NCBI RefSeq assembly: GCF_001194135.2
Contig: NC_068992.1
Coordinates: 9,060,930 to 9,105,980 of the forward strand
Source of the DNA: Octopus bimaculoides
Taxonomy: Eukaryota
Direction: 5' to 3'
DNA length: 45,051 nt
This document shows positions 11,261 through 22,809 of this stretch, piece by piece. The translations under genes were made by a program, and so were the position numbers. The stretch's first letter is position 1; the number at the start of each line of letters is the position of its first letter. The notes under the pieces were generated by a model. The model saw only the letters and a list, made by a program, of their open reading frames with translations, searched no databases and had not been told where the DNA came from.

Positions 11261-13156
11261 AGTTCTCATTTGAAATGACATTATTGGAAATTGAAGAGTC
11301 TTATCACCGTTATTATTATTATTATTATTATTAGCTTTAGGTTGTTATTTTCATCAAAAGTTCCATTTTATAATATTATATAAATTTTATGTTCAATTTA
11401 TGCCATTTTAAAAATATTATCTTCATATTAAATATTTATGAATTTCAAATAGAAATTAAATTTGCTTCTAAATCTTTCACTTCCCAAATCAATTACATCA
11501 GACACACAGACAGACACACACACACACACAAACACACATGCACACATGCACATACCTCAATATGTTGGTATGAGTACAAACGAAAGAAAATAAAACTCAA
11601 TGCATGTTGTGGGAGTTTTGTAACAGGATTAGCCAGTCCTACATTACTCAAAGATTTTTGTACTTATAGATAACAGTTGAATTTATCAGATGTCTAGAGT
11701 CATTGTGAGGGCAAATAAAAATAGCTTCTAAGTGAGACTATTTAAGGGCCCCTATTGATCAGGTCAGGTGACTAAATAAACTAGAAAAAACAATGAAAAC
11801 AGATAACCCTATTTATGGTTATATGTGGTGGAGAGGACAGTCTAACAGAGCCAGCTAGTTTACTACTGAAAGGATTTGCTTTTGTAATGATTCCTGGTAG
11901 GAATAAGAAGGATCTGGATGGAATATTCCTTTGTTCTATGTGGTGAGGTAACTGGTCTAGTGATGACTGATTACATATAAGTATAATAGTGTGCCTGGCA
12001 AATCATGTTACTGATTCATGTATTGTGCATAAGTGTGTTTGATATAATTGTAGGTGGGTGTTAGCAGCAGAAGGCTGCATAGGTGATACACAGCAATGGA
12101 ATCATCTCTCTTTGGGCACGCAAAGGTTGTTTACCATACAATTGCATATTATAGGCCAGCAAAAATCGAAGTAGTCTTTCTAAGGTGTTGGTAACTAATG
12201 GTTTGAAGTTAATTAACCTGGTATTTCTTTGTTGGCATCAGAACAATCAAACGGCTTTTGTAACTGGTGGATATGAAATGCTGTTGTAGTGAGTATAGAG
12301 CTGATAATTATGAGCCCCAGGTGAGAAAGGATGTTCCATGTTATGTTGAGGAAATCATTTCTTTAGTCACGGATTCTCATCTCCAGATGAAGAGAGAGAA
12401 AGTGTGTGTGTGTGTGTGTGTATGTGTGTGTCTAAGATATGTGAATGCATGTATGTGTTATGTGTGTATGTTATCAATCAGTTTCATTTCTGTATTTCTT
12501 GTCCATAGAGAAAGAGCCGGACCCTAACGTTGATTCAAGGCTCCTTCATTGGAACTTTTATCAACATCATCTAGGTATTTGTGTATATGTGTGTGTGTGC
12601 AGTATTTGGTGTTAGTGTATGCACAGTTTTGTATGTTTGTTTTATGAATGCGTTTTTATGTATATATTTTCATGTCTAGATGCATGCATATGTATTTATG
12701 TGCTAAATTTTTGGAAAGTTTTACATATCTTTACAGTTCCATTATGTATGTATGTATGTATGTATGTATGTACATGTGTGTGTGTGTGTATTCAGAGAGA
12801 GAGAGAGAGAGAGAACGAGAGATCCATATAATAAGAGAGAGGAAAACCATTTCAGTTCGTTATCACTTGCCCATCTTTTTTTTTATGTATTATAAAACCA
12901 GGACTACATTACCTGATGTGTCCTTTTCTAAGAAAATATCCTGTAAAAACAATGAAGATTTTACTGCTATTTTTCTGGCAAATCAAGAATGACTTCCAAT
13001 ATAGGTCTATGCTTACTCGAGCAACAGCAACAACAACAACAACTAAACAAGCAGCCAAGTATTACACATTTTGAACATCAAACTAACAGATGTGTACACT
13101 GGCAAAAACATTTGCATGCAAACAGACATACACTTGATTCTTTTTTTTACCCAACG

Positions 13157-13322
13157 CTCATCAAATGTCTATACCATGACAGTGATCTTTCTGACATACA
13201 GGAACCAATGTCTTTGATATTCAACTGTCCTTCAAGTTCACTTATTCTATTGTTCATGTAGATTAACATTACACATCCAGTTAGTGATGGTATCAAACAG
13301 GGCAGTATGCTAAGCCTACTAA
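13157..13322 (+). pseudogene. Small LINE RT fragment
   Basis: LIKCLYHD followed by PVSDGIKQGSMLSLL, resembling RT motif GV[KR]QGxxLSP. Confidence 0.5.
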
Positions 13323-13972
13323 TTATGTCAGGCCAGCCATTTGCAATTCACCAACATCATTTCTATGTCTGCTTTCCTAGACTGGATGGGTATTTTTAGG
13401 CTGTATTTTAAGGCCAAATGCCCTTTATAAATCTGAAGCTTTTAGTCATCTCTAACTAGGAGATGGAGAACATTCTACAAAAGAAAAGTATACATAGTTC
13501 TGAAATATTATTGAAAGTTATTTAAAAGATTTAGATAGAGTTTACTTTTCAATGTATCTAGTTTCAAATATAAGATATCAAAAAGAATTATAATTTGACA
13601 AGTACATCTGAAGTGATAGAACCACAACGCAATGAATGTATAGATTAAATATTGAAAATTTCTCTTTTCAGATTAGTGTTTACATGTAGATGGATAAAAT
13701 GTTAGTTTTGCTATTTACTGTAAAGTGAGAAAGATGTTACACAACTTGCTTTTTTATTTCTCTCCTGGTTAAGTAAACTTACATTTAACTTTATGTTTAA
13801 CTTTCTGCCTAACCTTTCAGCACTTTCCTCCTGCTCCTTCTCTGTTCAGCTCTTACTCTGTCATTTGTCTATAAAGTGTAAGAGATATTTGAGGACAAAT
13901 CTAGTAGTATAGCAAAATGAATTTAATTTAGAAAAACTTTACATATTTTGATAAAAATTTGTGGTTTATACA

Positions 13973-14128
13973 TGCAGGAGTGGCTGTGTGGTAAGAAGCT
14001 TGCTTCCCAATCACATGGTTCCAGGTCCAGTCCCACTGCATGGCACCTTGGGCAAGTGTCTTCTACTGTAGCCTCAGGCCTACCAAAGCCTTGTGAGTAG
14101 ATTTGGTAGACGGAAACTGAAAGAAGCC
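13973..14128 (+). mobile_element. Family A SINE, 5' half
   Basis: Head plus CORE-like segment, truncated after GAAACTGAAAGAAGCC. Confidence 0.82.
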
Positions 14129-15012
14129 ATAAAGAAATAAGAATTATAAAGAAATAAGAAACTGAAAGAAGCTTATCTTAGTCATTTAGATATGATTTGT
14201 TTCCACCATTAACCATAACAGACAACAAGAGGACAGGCATAATGAATGTATTAGTTTAACACTCAGTAAAAGGAGAGAGTTTTTGACGTTTCAAGCATAG
14301 CTCTTTGTCAGAAAGGAGAAAGGGGAAAGTCCAAAGAAGGAAAAGAAATCACTAACAGCAAGTGTGTAGTTACATTGCTTTGAATCAAGCCTACTATTTT
14401 ACAATTCAATCAGTTGGAGCCTCCATTATATTCCTACTTTATTTGATGTAGTTCCCTCCTATAACTCCCGTAACTTGTCTTTCACATTGACAAATGTAAC
14501 TTTTACTATGTATATCAATAACAAAAACATTGTAATTCTATCCCTGCCTTTTTCCTTTCTCTCTTTCTCTCCCTCCCCCTCCTCTCTCTCCCTCCCCCTC
14601 CTCTCTCTCCCTCCCCCNNNNNNNNNNNNNNNNNNNNNNNNNNNNNNNNNNNNNNNNNNNNNNNNNNNNNNNNNNNNNNNNNNNNNNNNNNNNNNNNNNN
14701 NNNNNNNNNNNNNNNNNNNNNNNNNNCCTCTCTCTGTCTCTCAACCACTGTCTGCATTCTTAATTCCATAATTATTGTTTTTCTTTCAAAAACATTACAA
14801 CATTACACTGATTCTCTTGTTTTTTTTATCATCAATTTGGACATCTCTGGATACCTGCTCTTCACATTCTACACACACAATATCAAATTGCTTTTTCCAT
14901 TTCTTTCTTTCTAAATTAGTATTAGCAGTCTGAAGGTTAATTGGCTGAGAAGAATAAGAATAATGAAATTACCATTCTTCTTATGTAGCCACAGTGTATC
15001 ATTTCACTTAAG

Positions 15013-15053
<41 letters not shown>

Positions 15054-15420
15054 CATATATATCATGGCTTTTGACAGACAAAGCTCTTTGCCTGTGAAAG
15101 TAATAGGTAATTTGTCTTTGATAAAGCTGGATTAATGGCTTTTAGTGGTCAGAGAACTGTAAGCTTGTTGCTGCAGATATTTCTCTGCTTTGTGATTTGC
15201 AAAGGCCTAGCTGTGTTCAAGAACTCAGCATAATTGAATGAGCAGTGTCGCAAAGGACTTTATTCAGGGCTCAGTAAGTGAAACGATAGAAATGGTTCTT
15301 GGTTCTCTACAATTACAAAGTGAGAGCAAACATTGTATGCGTATACCTTATATGTGAGTCAATCACTAGGATTAAATTTCCATCTCAAGGCTAGGTAATA
15401 CTTGCAGTTCTTGCACTTAC

Positions 15421-15478
15421 GTTCCACTCTGGCTTAAGTTCCACTCTGGCTTAAGTTCCACTCTGGCTTAAGTTCCAC
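15421..15478. repeat. 17-bp minisatellite (GTTCCACTCTGGCTTAA) x3.4
   Basis: Three exact units plus a 7-nt partial unit. Confidence 0.95.
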
Positions 15479-15485
15479 CCTACAA

Positions 15486-15488
<3 letters not shown>

Positions 15489-15542
<54 letters not shown>

Positions 15543-15647
15543 ATCTATCTATCTATCTCTCTCTCTCTTTCTTTCTCTCTAGAAAACACATATACAACAA
15601 GCATGTGCACACACACACACACACACACAAACACACGCGCACACGCG

Positions 15648-15678
<31 letters not shown>

Positions 15679-15722
15679 ACAAACACACACATACACACAC
15701 ACACACACACACACATAAACAC
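15489..15722. repeat. (CT)n and (CA)n microsatellites
   Basis: Direct reading. Confidence 0.93.
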
Positions 15723-16431
15723 ATGCATATTTTGGATTTCATCCAGTAAAAAATGTCCATCCACCATAATAAATCTTCTTTCAACAAACACACTTCACAC
15801 ACTGGCAGATTGTTGAACAGAATCCTGTCTCTTTCTGCCTCTTCTATGGCTACTACAATAGCCTCGCAGCTCCTCAAACTATTTACTACACAAACAATAC
15901 CACCATCCTGTTTTTCTTCAACTGAGTTGTACTTCTCCGCACAAAGTCTGTTTCTGTTACTCTTTCCATATACCAGACAAAAGAAGATATAAATTGAATT
16001 TGAGACATTGTAATTTCCATCTAATTCTTTGGAGAAGCTGCTTACTGTCCTTCTTCAGAAGATGATTGACTATCTCTGGCAATAATCAGCTTTGTTTTCA
16101 TCATACATATGCGTATAATAGAGAGATGAAAACATAACTGTGCAAAAAGCATATCACATCTTTTTCTTTTGTTTGTATCTATTGAAGTATCTAAAGATTG
16201 GGTCTTGCAGATCAATAACTTCAAGACTGTAGTCACCGTTTTAAATGCAAATGTATCGTTCAATAGAAAGAATATTCTTCATGGCAACATCATAGGTTTA
16301 GGAAAAGAGGATTAGAAAAGGTTTTTATGGTACCACCCACAACCACTCACAAAAATATAGAAATATTTAATCCACTTTGAACATTTTGATATATCATTGA
16401 ATATTCATGTGTAAGTTGTTTCATTTACACC

Positions 16432-16443
16432 AGAGAGAGAGAG

Positions 16444-16519
<76 letters not shown>

Positions 16520-16520
16520 A
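16432..16520. repeat. (GA)n/(GAAA)n microsatellite
   Basis: Direct reading. Confidence 0.93.
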
Positions 16521-16913
16521 GAGAACATTGTTCATCGAGAGAAGAAAGAAGCATTGTTATCTTCTTACAGCAAGAGATGGAATAGTTTAGGATTAATTTT
16601 TGTGAGTCTAATATTTTGAATTCTCCAGAGGCGTTCTGCTTAGACAAAATAAATCAATATTTTTGAATCCACTACAATGGTAAGCATCATGGAACAGCTG
16701 TAAGTTATAGGAGAAGCAACACTGTAATATGGTGTTCATTACCTGTTTTTGGATCATGTCAGTTCTATTCACTAATGGTTTCTGGATCTGTATGAATGTC
16801 ATAAAATTGGGTTTCCACCTCGTGTAGACCTAAAATAACATGCTTTTTGTCAGAAATCAATATTTTGAAATTCCCAGCAGAGGGGAGATGTTGCAAACAA
16901 CAAGAGCAAGAAC

Positions 16914-16969
<56 letters not shown>

Positions 16970-17479
16970 TGGTGGTGGTTTAAATTGTTGCTTAGCCCTA
17001 GGTCATCCTNNNNNNNNNNCTTGAGCAGACCTGTGATTGACAAATAGAATTTCAGCCGTAACCATTGCAATTTTTTTTTTTTTTTGTATATTTAGCACTA
17101 TATTATTTAATGCCTCCTTTCCTTATTTAAGATGGTAGGGCATGATTCAAGGGAGATTTTGCTGTTATTTCTTGCAGGTCTATCTGGTTCATTAACCAGT
17201 TATATGTTGTTGTTATTGTTGTTGTTTAACCACAGTTCAACAGTGGCTGAGTAAGTCTATCCTCAACAGTGTTCCATTGATAGACCATTATCAAGTAACG
17301 ATTCTCTTGTAGAGTAACGAATCAACATCATAAAACATCCAAATTTACAAGCTTGTGTGGATCAGATGGAATTTTTTGAAGCAGATTTTCAACAGTTAGG
17401 GGTCGTTCTTCTTGCCAGTGTCACAATCTGTCGGTTGTTGGTCTTGTTTGTGGTGGTAATTGATTGAATTGATGAATGG

Positions 17480-17720
17480 AAATATGTTAACCAGTGTGGT
17501 ATGCTACTGTTCCCATTGAGATCTTGCTGGTACAGATTGATAAAATATGGTCGGTAGAAGGTTAGCTTTCTGTACCAATATCCAACAATCAAGTCTCTTC
17601 CAGGTGTTTTTCCATTCTGGAGTTTCTGGATCACATTTGCAAGAGTTTCACCATCAATGTTGTATGTCTTGTAGTGCTTCCATAGGAAATCCAACATTTT
17701 ATCCAAAATTATAACATTGA
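17480..17720 (-). pseudogene. Non-LTR RT N-terminal fragment (R4/Dong-like by motif)
   Basis: VIQKLQNGKTPGRDLIVGYWYRKLT..LYQQ..IPHWLT matches the remembered KxPGxDxIxxYWxKK..IPxWL block. Confidence 0.6.
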
Positions 17721-17730
17721 TTTTTACTAT

Positions 17731-17938
17731 TGCTGTTAGCGCCAATTCAAATCTGATTAAGCAGACCTAAAACCAAAGGTGTTCCAGTTATGATATTCTT
17801 GTTGTCTTTATTTTTCATACACAGTGTAACTAGGACTTCAATATTTAACACTATCTTCCCCTTTTTAAGACATATTTTAAAGTAGGGTGTGATTTAAGGC
17901 TGATTTTGGCTGCTATTTCTACTAGGTCAATTATGTAG
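17731..17938 (-). mobile_element. Family G copy
   Basis: TTTGGCTGCTATTTCTACTAGGTCAA..GCAGACCT; reverse complement of the family G core. Confidence 0.65.
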
Positions 17939-18160
17939 AGATTTAAAAAAAATTATTTATGATTTTTTTTTTTTTTTTTGATACAAATATGATTTCAATA
18001 AAATTAGAATTTATGGATGTGCAGTGTCAAAATCCCTTCCAGACCTAACTTGGCCATTCCTGTAAATAAGGCTTTTTTAGTTTTCATTTTCATGCTTTAG
18101 GGTTGGTTTTACATAAATGTTTGCTTGTGAAATGTCCCTCAACCCAGTGCAAGAGCCTTT

Positions 18161-18357
18161 AAATGATTGTTCTACCAGCTAGAAATAGCTATCAAGTACT
18201 TCTCAAACCAAACCCTATCAATTTAAAAAGGGAGCACATTGGATAACAGAGTCTAGGATACATTATGTCCAAAAAAGATTAAGATGTTATGGTCATGATT
18301 GGAATGTCTTTGATCAAAGCTCTGCTCAATCAGGCCAATTGGGAGTAATCAGCAATA
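18161..18357 (+). mobile_element. Family G copy
   Basis: GCTAGAAATAGC..CACATTGGATAA..GGAATGTCTTTGATC..CTGCTCAATCAGG. Confidence 0.7.
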
Positions 18358-18793
18358 TCAAAAACATGACATCTCTTGCAAGCACAGACATGTTAACTGT
18401 CTGTGCTAGCTGGTGTCTCTAATGTATAGCTATAATCTCAACACAACTATGATGAGACTTTAATACCAGTTGATGTAGCACTGTTTATCTTGACAGCCTC
18501 CACATATTCACATACTGCACAATCCTGCCTACCTCTCCGATTCTATGGGACTTCAAATCAGGTGACTGATAGGTACTCTTACAGCCCTCAGACAGATAGA
18601 GGTAGAGAGAGAGAGAACAGGAGTGATTAAAGAATTTAGTGAGTATGGAGACTAACTGTAAGTGCATTGTTACTTTGGAGTAACTGGAGGTACTCATTCA
18701 CATACAACCTAAGCACCTTACCAAATCTGTACTTATTCTCCAGTGGGACCATGCCAATATTGTCTCTTTGGACAACAAAAATACAATCACTGC

Positions 18794-19182
18794 TGTTGTT
18801 GTTGGCACTCCGTCGCTTACGACGTCGAGGGTTCCAGTTGATCCGATCAACGGAACAGCCTGCTCGTGAAATTAACGTGCAAGTGGCTGAGCACTCCACA
18901 GACACGTGTACCCTTAACGTAGTTCTCGGGGATATTCAGCATGACACAGTGCGACAAGGCTGACCCTTTGAATTACAGGCACAACAGAAACAGGAAGTAA
19001 GAGTGAGAGAAAGTTGTGGTGAAAGAGTACAACAGGGTTCGCCACCATCCCCTGCCGGAGCTTCGTGGAGCTTTTAGGTGTTTTCGCTAAATAAACACTC
19101 ACAACGCTCTGTCTGGGAATCGAAACCGCGATCCCATGACTGCGAGTCCGCTGCCCTAACCACTGGGCCATTGCGCCTCCAC
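18794..19182 (-). mobile_element. Full-length tRNA-derived SINE (family E), young
   Basis: A box TGGCCCAGTGG, B box GTTTCGATTCC, (CAA)n tail, perfect 11-bp TSD ACAATCACTGC (18783-93 / 19183-93), many intact CpGs. Confidence 0.9.
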
Positions 19183-19258
19183 ACAATCACTGCACTTAAC
19201 AAAGAAAACACTTCATCCCATTAAAATATGAAACTAGAATTATTGTAACTTCATATTT

Positions 19259-19628
19259 TTCTTTTACATGTTTCAGTCATTAGACTGCGGCCATGCTGGG
19301 GCACCACCTTGAAGAAGTTTTGGTTGCATGAATCAACCCTAGTACTTACCTTTTTTAAAAACCTGCTACTTATTCTATTGCCTCTTTTGCCAAACTGCTA
19401 AGTTATGGGGATGTAAACACACCAACACCTGTTGTCAAGTGGTGGCTGGAGACAAACACAGACACAATGACAAACATACAAAGAGTTTCTGTCAGTTCCT
19501 GTCTACCAAATCCACTTAGCCTGAGGCTTTAGTAGAAGACACTTGCACAAGGTGCCATGCAGGGGAACTGAACCCAAAAACCATGTGGTTGGGAAGCAAG
19601 CATCTTACCACACAGCCACACCTGCACC
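19259..19628 (-). mobile_element. Family A SINE, older diverged copy
   Basis: Homology along its length, flanked by a degenerate ~28-bp direct repeat. Confidence 0.8.
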
Positions 19629-19892
19629 TTAAAACATGAAACTAAAGCCATTGTAATTAATTCAAATGATGTTGGTTTTCAGTATCCTGGCATATACACA
19701 TCCTTAGTATAGCAAAGCTGACATCCAGAAGGAACATTAACAATATCAATCTCAATGGTGTTGGAGGCCTTTGTGAAGGTTATGGGCACAGTCCCTGCTT
19801 TCAGATCAAATTAAGAAAAACGAAAAAAGTCCAGTAAATCTTGCCATAATTCTTATTAAAAATATTTATTATCATTATTATTATTATTAAGA

Positions 19893-20678
19893 AGGCAGTA
19901 TGCTGGTAGAATCATTAGCATGCCGGGCAAAATGCTTAGTGGCATTTCATCCATCTGCACGATCTGAGTTCAAATTCCACCGAGGTCGACTTTGCCCTTC
20001 ATCTTTTGGGGGGTTGCATTGTCCATATGTTTGCATATTTTGTATTCTATGTATACTTCTTATCGCATCTTTTCCCCTTCCTTGTTTTCTTCTCTCCAAC
20101 AAATTGTAAACTTTCGTTCTAACATACCCGCACTAGATACCGCTCTAGCTAATAAGATAAATCATCATCATCACCATCATTACTATTATGATTAGGTGAG
20201 TAGGCAAAATTGTTAGCCCAGTGGACAAAATGCTATCTTTTGGCCCTTTACGTTCTGAGTTCCAATACCACTGAAGTCAACTTTGTTTTCATCCTTTTGG
20301 ATCAATAAGATGAAGTACAAGTCAAGTGCTGAGGCTGATGTAATCGAAAAATGCCTCTCCCAAAATAAGTAGCCTGGGGTCAAAATTTAAAACCATTTTT
20401 ATTTGGTGGATAGCTGGCAGAATCGTTAGCACACCGGACAAAATACTAAGCAGTCTTTTTGCCGTTTTTACGTTCTAAGTTCAGATTCTACTGCAGTCGG
20501 TCTTCGGATCGATGAAATAAGTACCAGTTGAACACCGGCGTTGATATAATCGACTTACACCCTCTTTTAAGGTTTCAGACTATGTGCCTACAGTAGAAAA
20601 GGTTATTTGGCGGCGAGCTGGCAGAATCGTTAGTGTTCAAATGCCGCCGAGGTCAACTTTGTCTTTCATCCCTCAGGG
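19893..20678 (+). mobile_element. Cluster of four head-to-tail tRNA-headed SINEs (family C)
   Basis: Copies ~19893-20012, 20194-20398, 20405-20607 and 20609-20678 share variants of GCTGGCAGAATCGTTAG..GAGTTCAAATTCC..GAGGTCRACTTTG..TTCATCC. Confidence 0.8.
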
Positions 20679-20914
20679 AACACATAAGAGATCTTGTCAG
20701 AGTATGAAGAGATATCAATCAACGACAACGCCTTATATATAAATATATATATATATATCTTCTATCAATAGCAGTCGGAATAGCTTTGCAGTATATCATT
20801 TATCCAGGGAGGCAACTCTTAGATCGTATCACAAATGATTGTTAATTTTCTTGTTTCTAAAAATAAGTTTCTTTCCCGCTATCAATAAAAAGAAAAATTA
20901 CGACCCAGACAGCG

Positions 20915-21080
20915 AATTACCATGTGGTTGCTCGACCTCGCAGAAATAGCAGAAAAAATTCCCTTTAACCACACTAAATCTTTAAAGGAATGATTCGTTG
21001 GATATAATGCAATCCTAGATACATCGTTGGGGATTAAAGACGTGACGGTCACGTCTAGAATACTTAATCAAGGTTTATCT
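20915..21080 (+). mobile_element. Family G copy
   Basis: TCGACCTCGCAGAAATAGCAG..TTGGATATAATGCAATCCTAGATACA..GGTCACG. Confidence 0.55.
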
Positions 21081-22397
21081 AGTGATGAAAAACAGGAAGA
21101 AAACGTTATTTTTGTTGCATTTTAATCTACGTTTTATATGTTATTAATAGCTTGCAATTAAAGACAACATTCTCTACAAATTAGATTATTCTTAGTGAAT
21201 CCATTGTCATCCATCCTCATAGCTTCAATTATTCAGTCTAGTATTGTTAAAAAAGAATTTAGATAACAGCATATTTTGGTTACATTATTTTCATCCAGTC
21301 ACATGATTTCTAGAATACACGCTTTTATTAATTGCTCATGTTCCGTGAGTAATGTGACATTTAAAAACTAACCGATAATACAGTCGTCTGACAAACGCTA
21401 GAAACGTGGTTCGAGTCCCATCAGTGGCCCTAATTTTCTTTTCTGTGTCAAATTGTTGCGTATAATGTTTGACATCGTTGGCACTAACATCTTTGTGTGA
21501 TCTTTGAATGTAACGCCCAATTTTCATTTGTTATATTGTAGAATATATCAATTTGATTCGTGGACCCGGAAGAAATTAGAAATTTCTTCCGGGGACCCCT
21601 AGCTTTTCATATAGGGGCATAGTTGAAAAAGAAGCTGACCCTGGACTGCAACAAGCTTGTTTTTCAGTGAGGATATGTTTGGATGCATTGCATTAAAAAT
21701 GCTTGTATACTCCCTCAGTTAAACATCGAACCAAATGATACTTTCGTTCTCTTCTGAAAATTTGTGAGGTAACCTCCAACACTTACAATATTGCTGCGAG
21801 TAATCGTGAGGCTGAAACAGTCGAGCACCCTCACGGACAGGACCGGAATTAGATGTAGTGGGATCCCTGGGTCAGTAGATTGCTCCTACAATTTTGCTAA
21901 TTCAAACATAAAGTAATAAAGTGGGCTCAAATTTGTTTGAAGAGGCCCCAAACTTGGAAGAACCTCTGTAAATTTGGAGGGGCTCAGTTAAATTTAATAG
22001 TTTTTGTTTTAATCTAAAAGAACTCAATAAATCAAAAAGCAGATATATATATAGACGGTAGAGGATAACTTCTGAATTAATATATTTATACAATTGCACC
22101 AAAAACAAAGAGAACTATGTGGAATGTTTAAAGACAAAAGAGAGAAAAGAATATTATTAGCTTATGAGGTAAAGTATTCCGAACCTGAAATACAAAATTA
22201 ACCAGGACAACATATTTCTGGAGAAAAGTTCCGAGTTGTTTAAATAACTGCTTTTGACCAAACAATATTTAAATACTTAAATGTTGTTGTGTTTGGTCCC
22301 CTAGGGAGTGTGTTAAATTTATTTTGAGCCCTAAAAGTCAAGTATATTTAAATTACAAGCTAAGATTATTCTGAGCCCAAAATATCAAATGTATTTA

Positions 22398-22802
22398 GGC
22401 GCAGGAGTGGCTATGTGGTAAGTAGCTTGCTTACCAACTACATGGTTCCGGGTTCAGTCCCACTGCGTGGCACCTTGGGCAAGTGTCTTCTACTATAGCC
22501 TTGGGCCGACCAAAGCCTTGTGAGTGGATTTGGTACACGGAAACTGAAAGAAGCCCGTCGTATATATGTATATGTATATATATATGTGTGTGTGTGCTCG
22601 TGTGTCTGTGTTTGTCCCCCCAACATCGCTTGACAACCGATGCTGGTGTGTTTATGTCCCCGTAACTTAGCGGTTCGGCAAAAAGAGACCGATAGAATAA
22701 GCACTAGGCTTACAAAGAATAAGTCCTGGGGTCGATTTGCTCGACTAAAGGCGGTGCTCCAGCATGGCCGCAGTCAAATGCCTGAAACAAGTAAAAGAGT
22801 AT
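22398..22802 (+). mobile_element. Full-length tRNA-headed CORE-like SINE (family A)
   Basis: A box TGGCTATGTGG, B box GGTTCAGTCCC, CORE-like CCTTGGGCAAGTG, internal (TA/TG)n, AGTAAAAG tail. Near-identical to 1793-2189 and 33860-34270. Confidence 0.9.
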
Positions 22803-22809
22803 AAGTTAA

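Noticed and set aside
11700-12400. Possible ancient LINE endonuclease region
   Set aside because: Only faint motif resemblance with many stops; cannot be supported without a profile search.
12989-13261. 90-aa ORF with polyQ
   Set aside because: The polyQ is a (CAA)n repeat tail and the distal part is a decayed RT fragment.
16629-16679. 51-nt + strand exon candidate (CTCCAG| .. ATG|GTAAGC)
   Set aside because: No recognisable peptide or partner exons, and equally good candidates lie on the opposite strand nearby, showing a high pseudo-exon background.
19100-19182. tRNA genes at SINE heads (also 6975, 22398, 33860)
   Set aside because: No complete cloverleaf, and each continues into a repeated SINE body.
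21380-21430. tRNA-like GGTTCGAGTCC (B box)
   Set aside because: The T stem does not pair (CGTGG/CCCAT), and no acceptor-stem partner or A box is found; not a tRNA gene.
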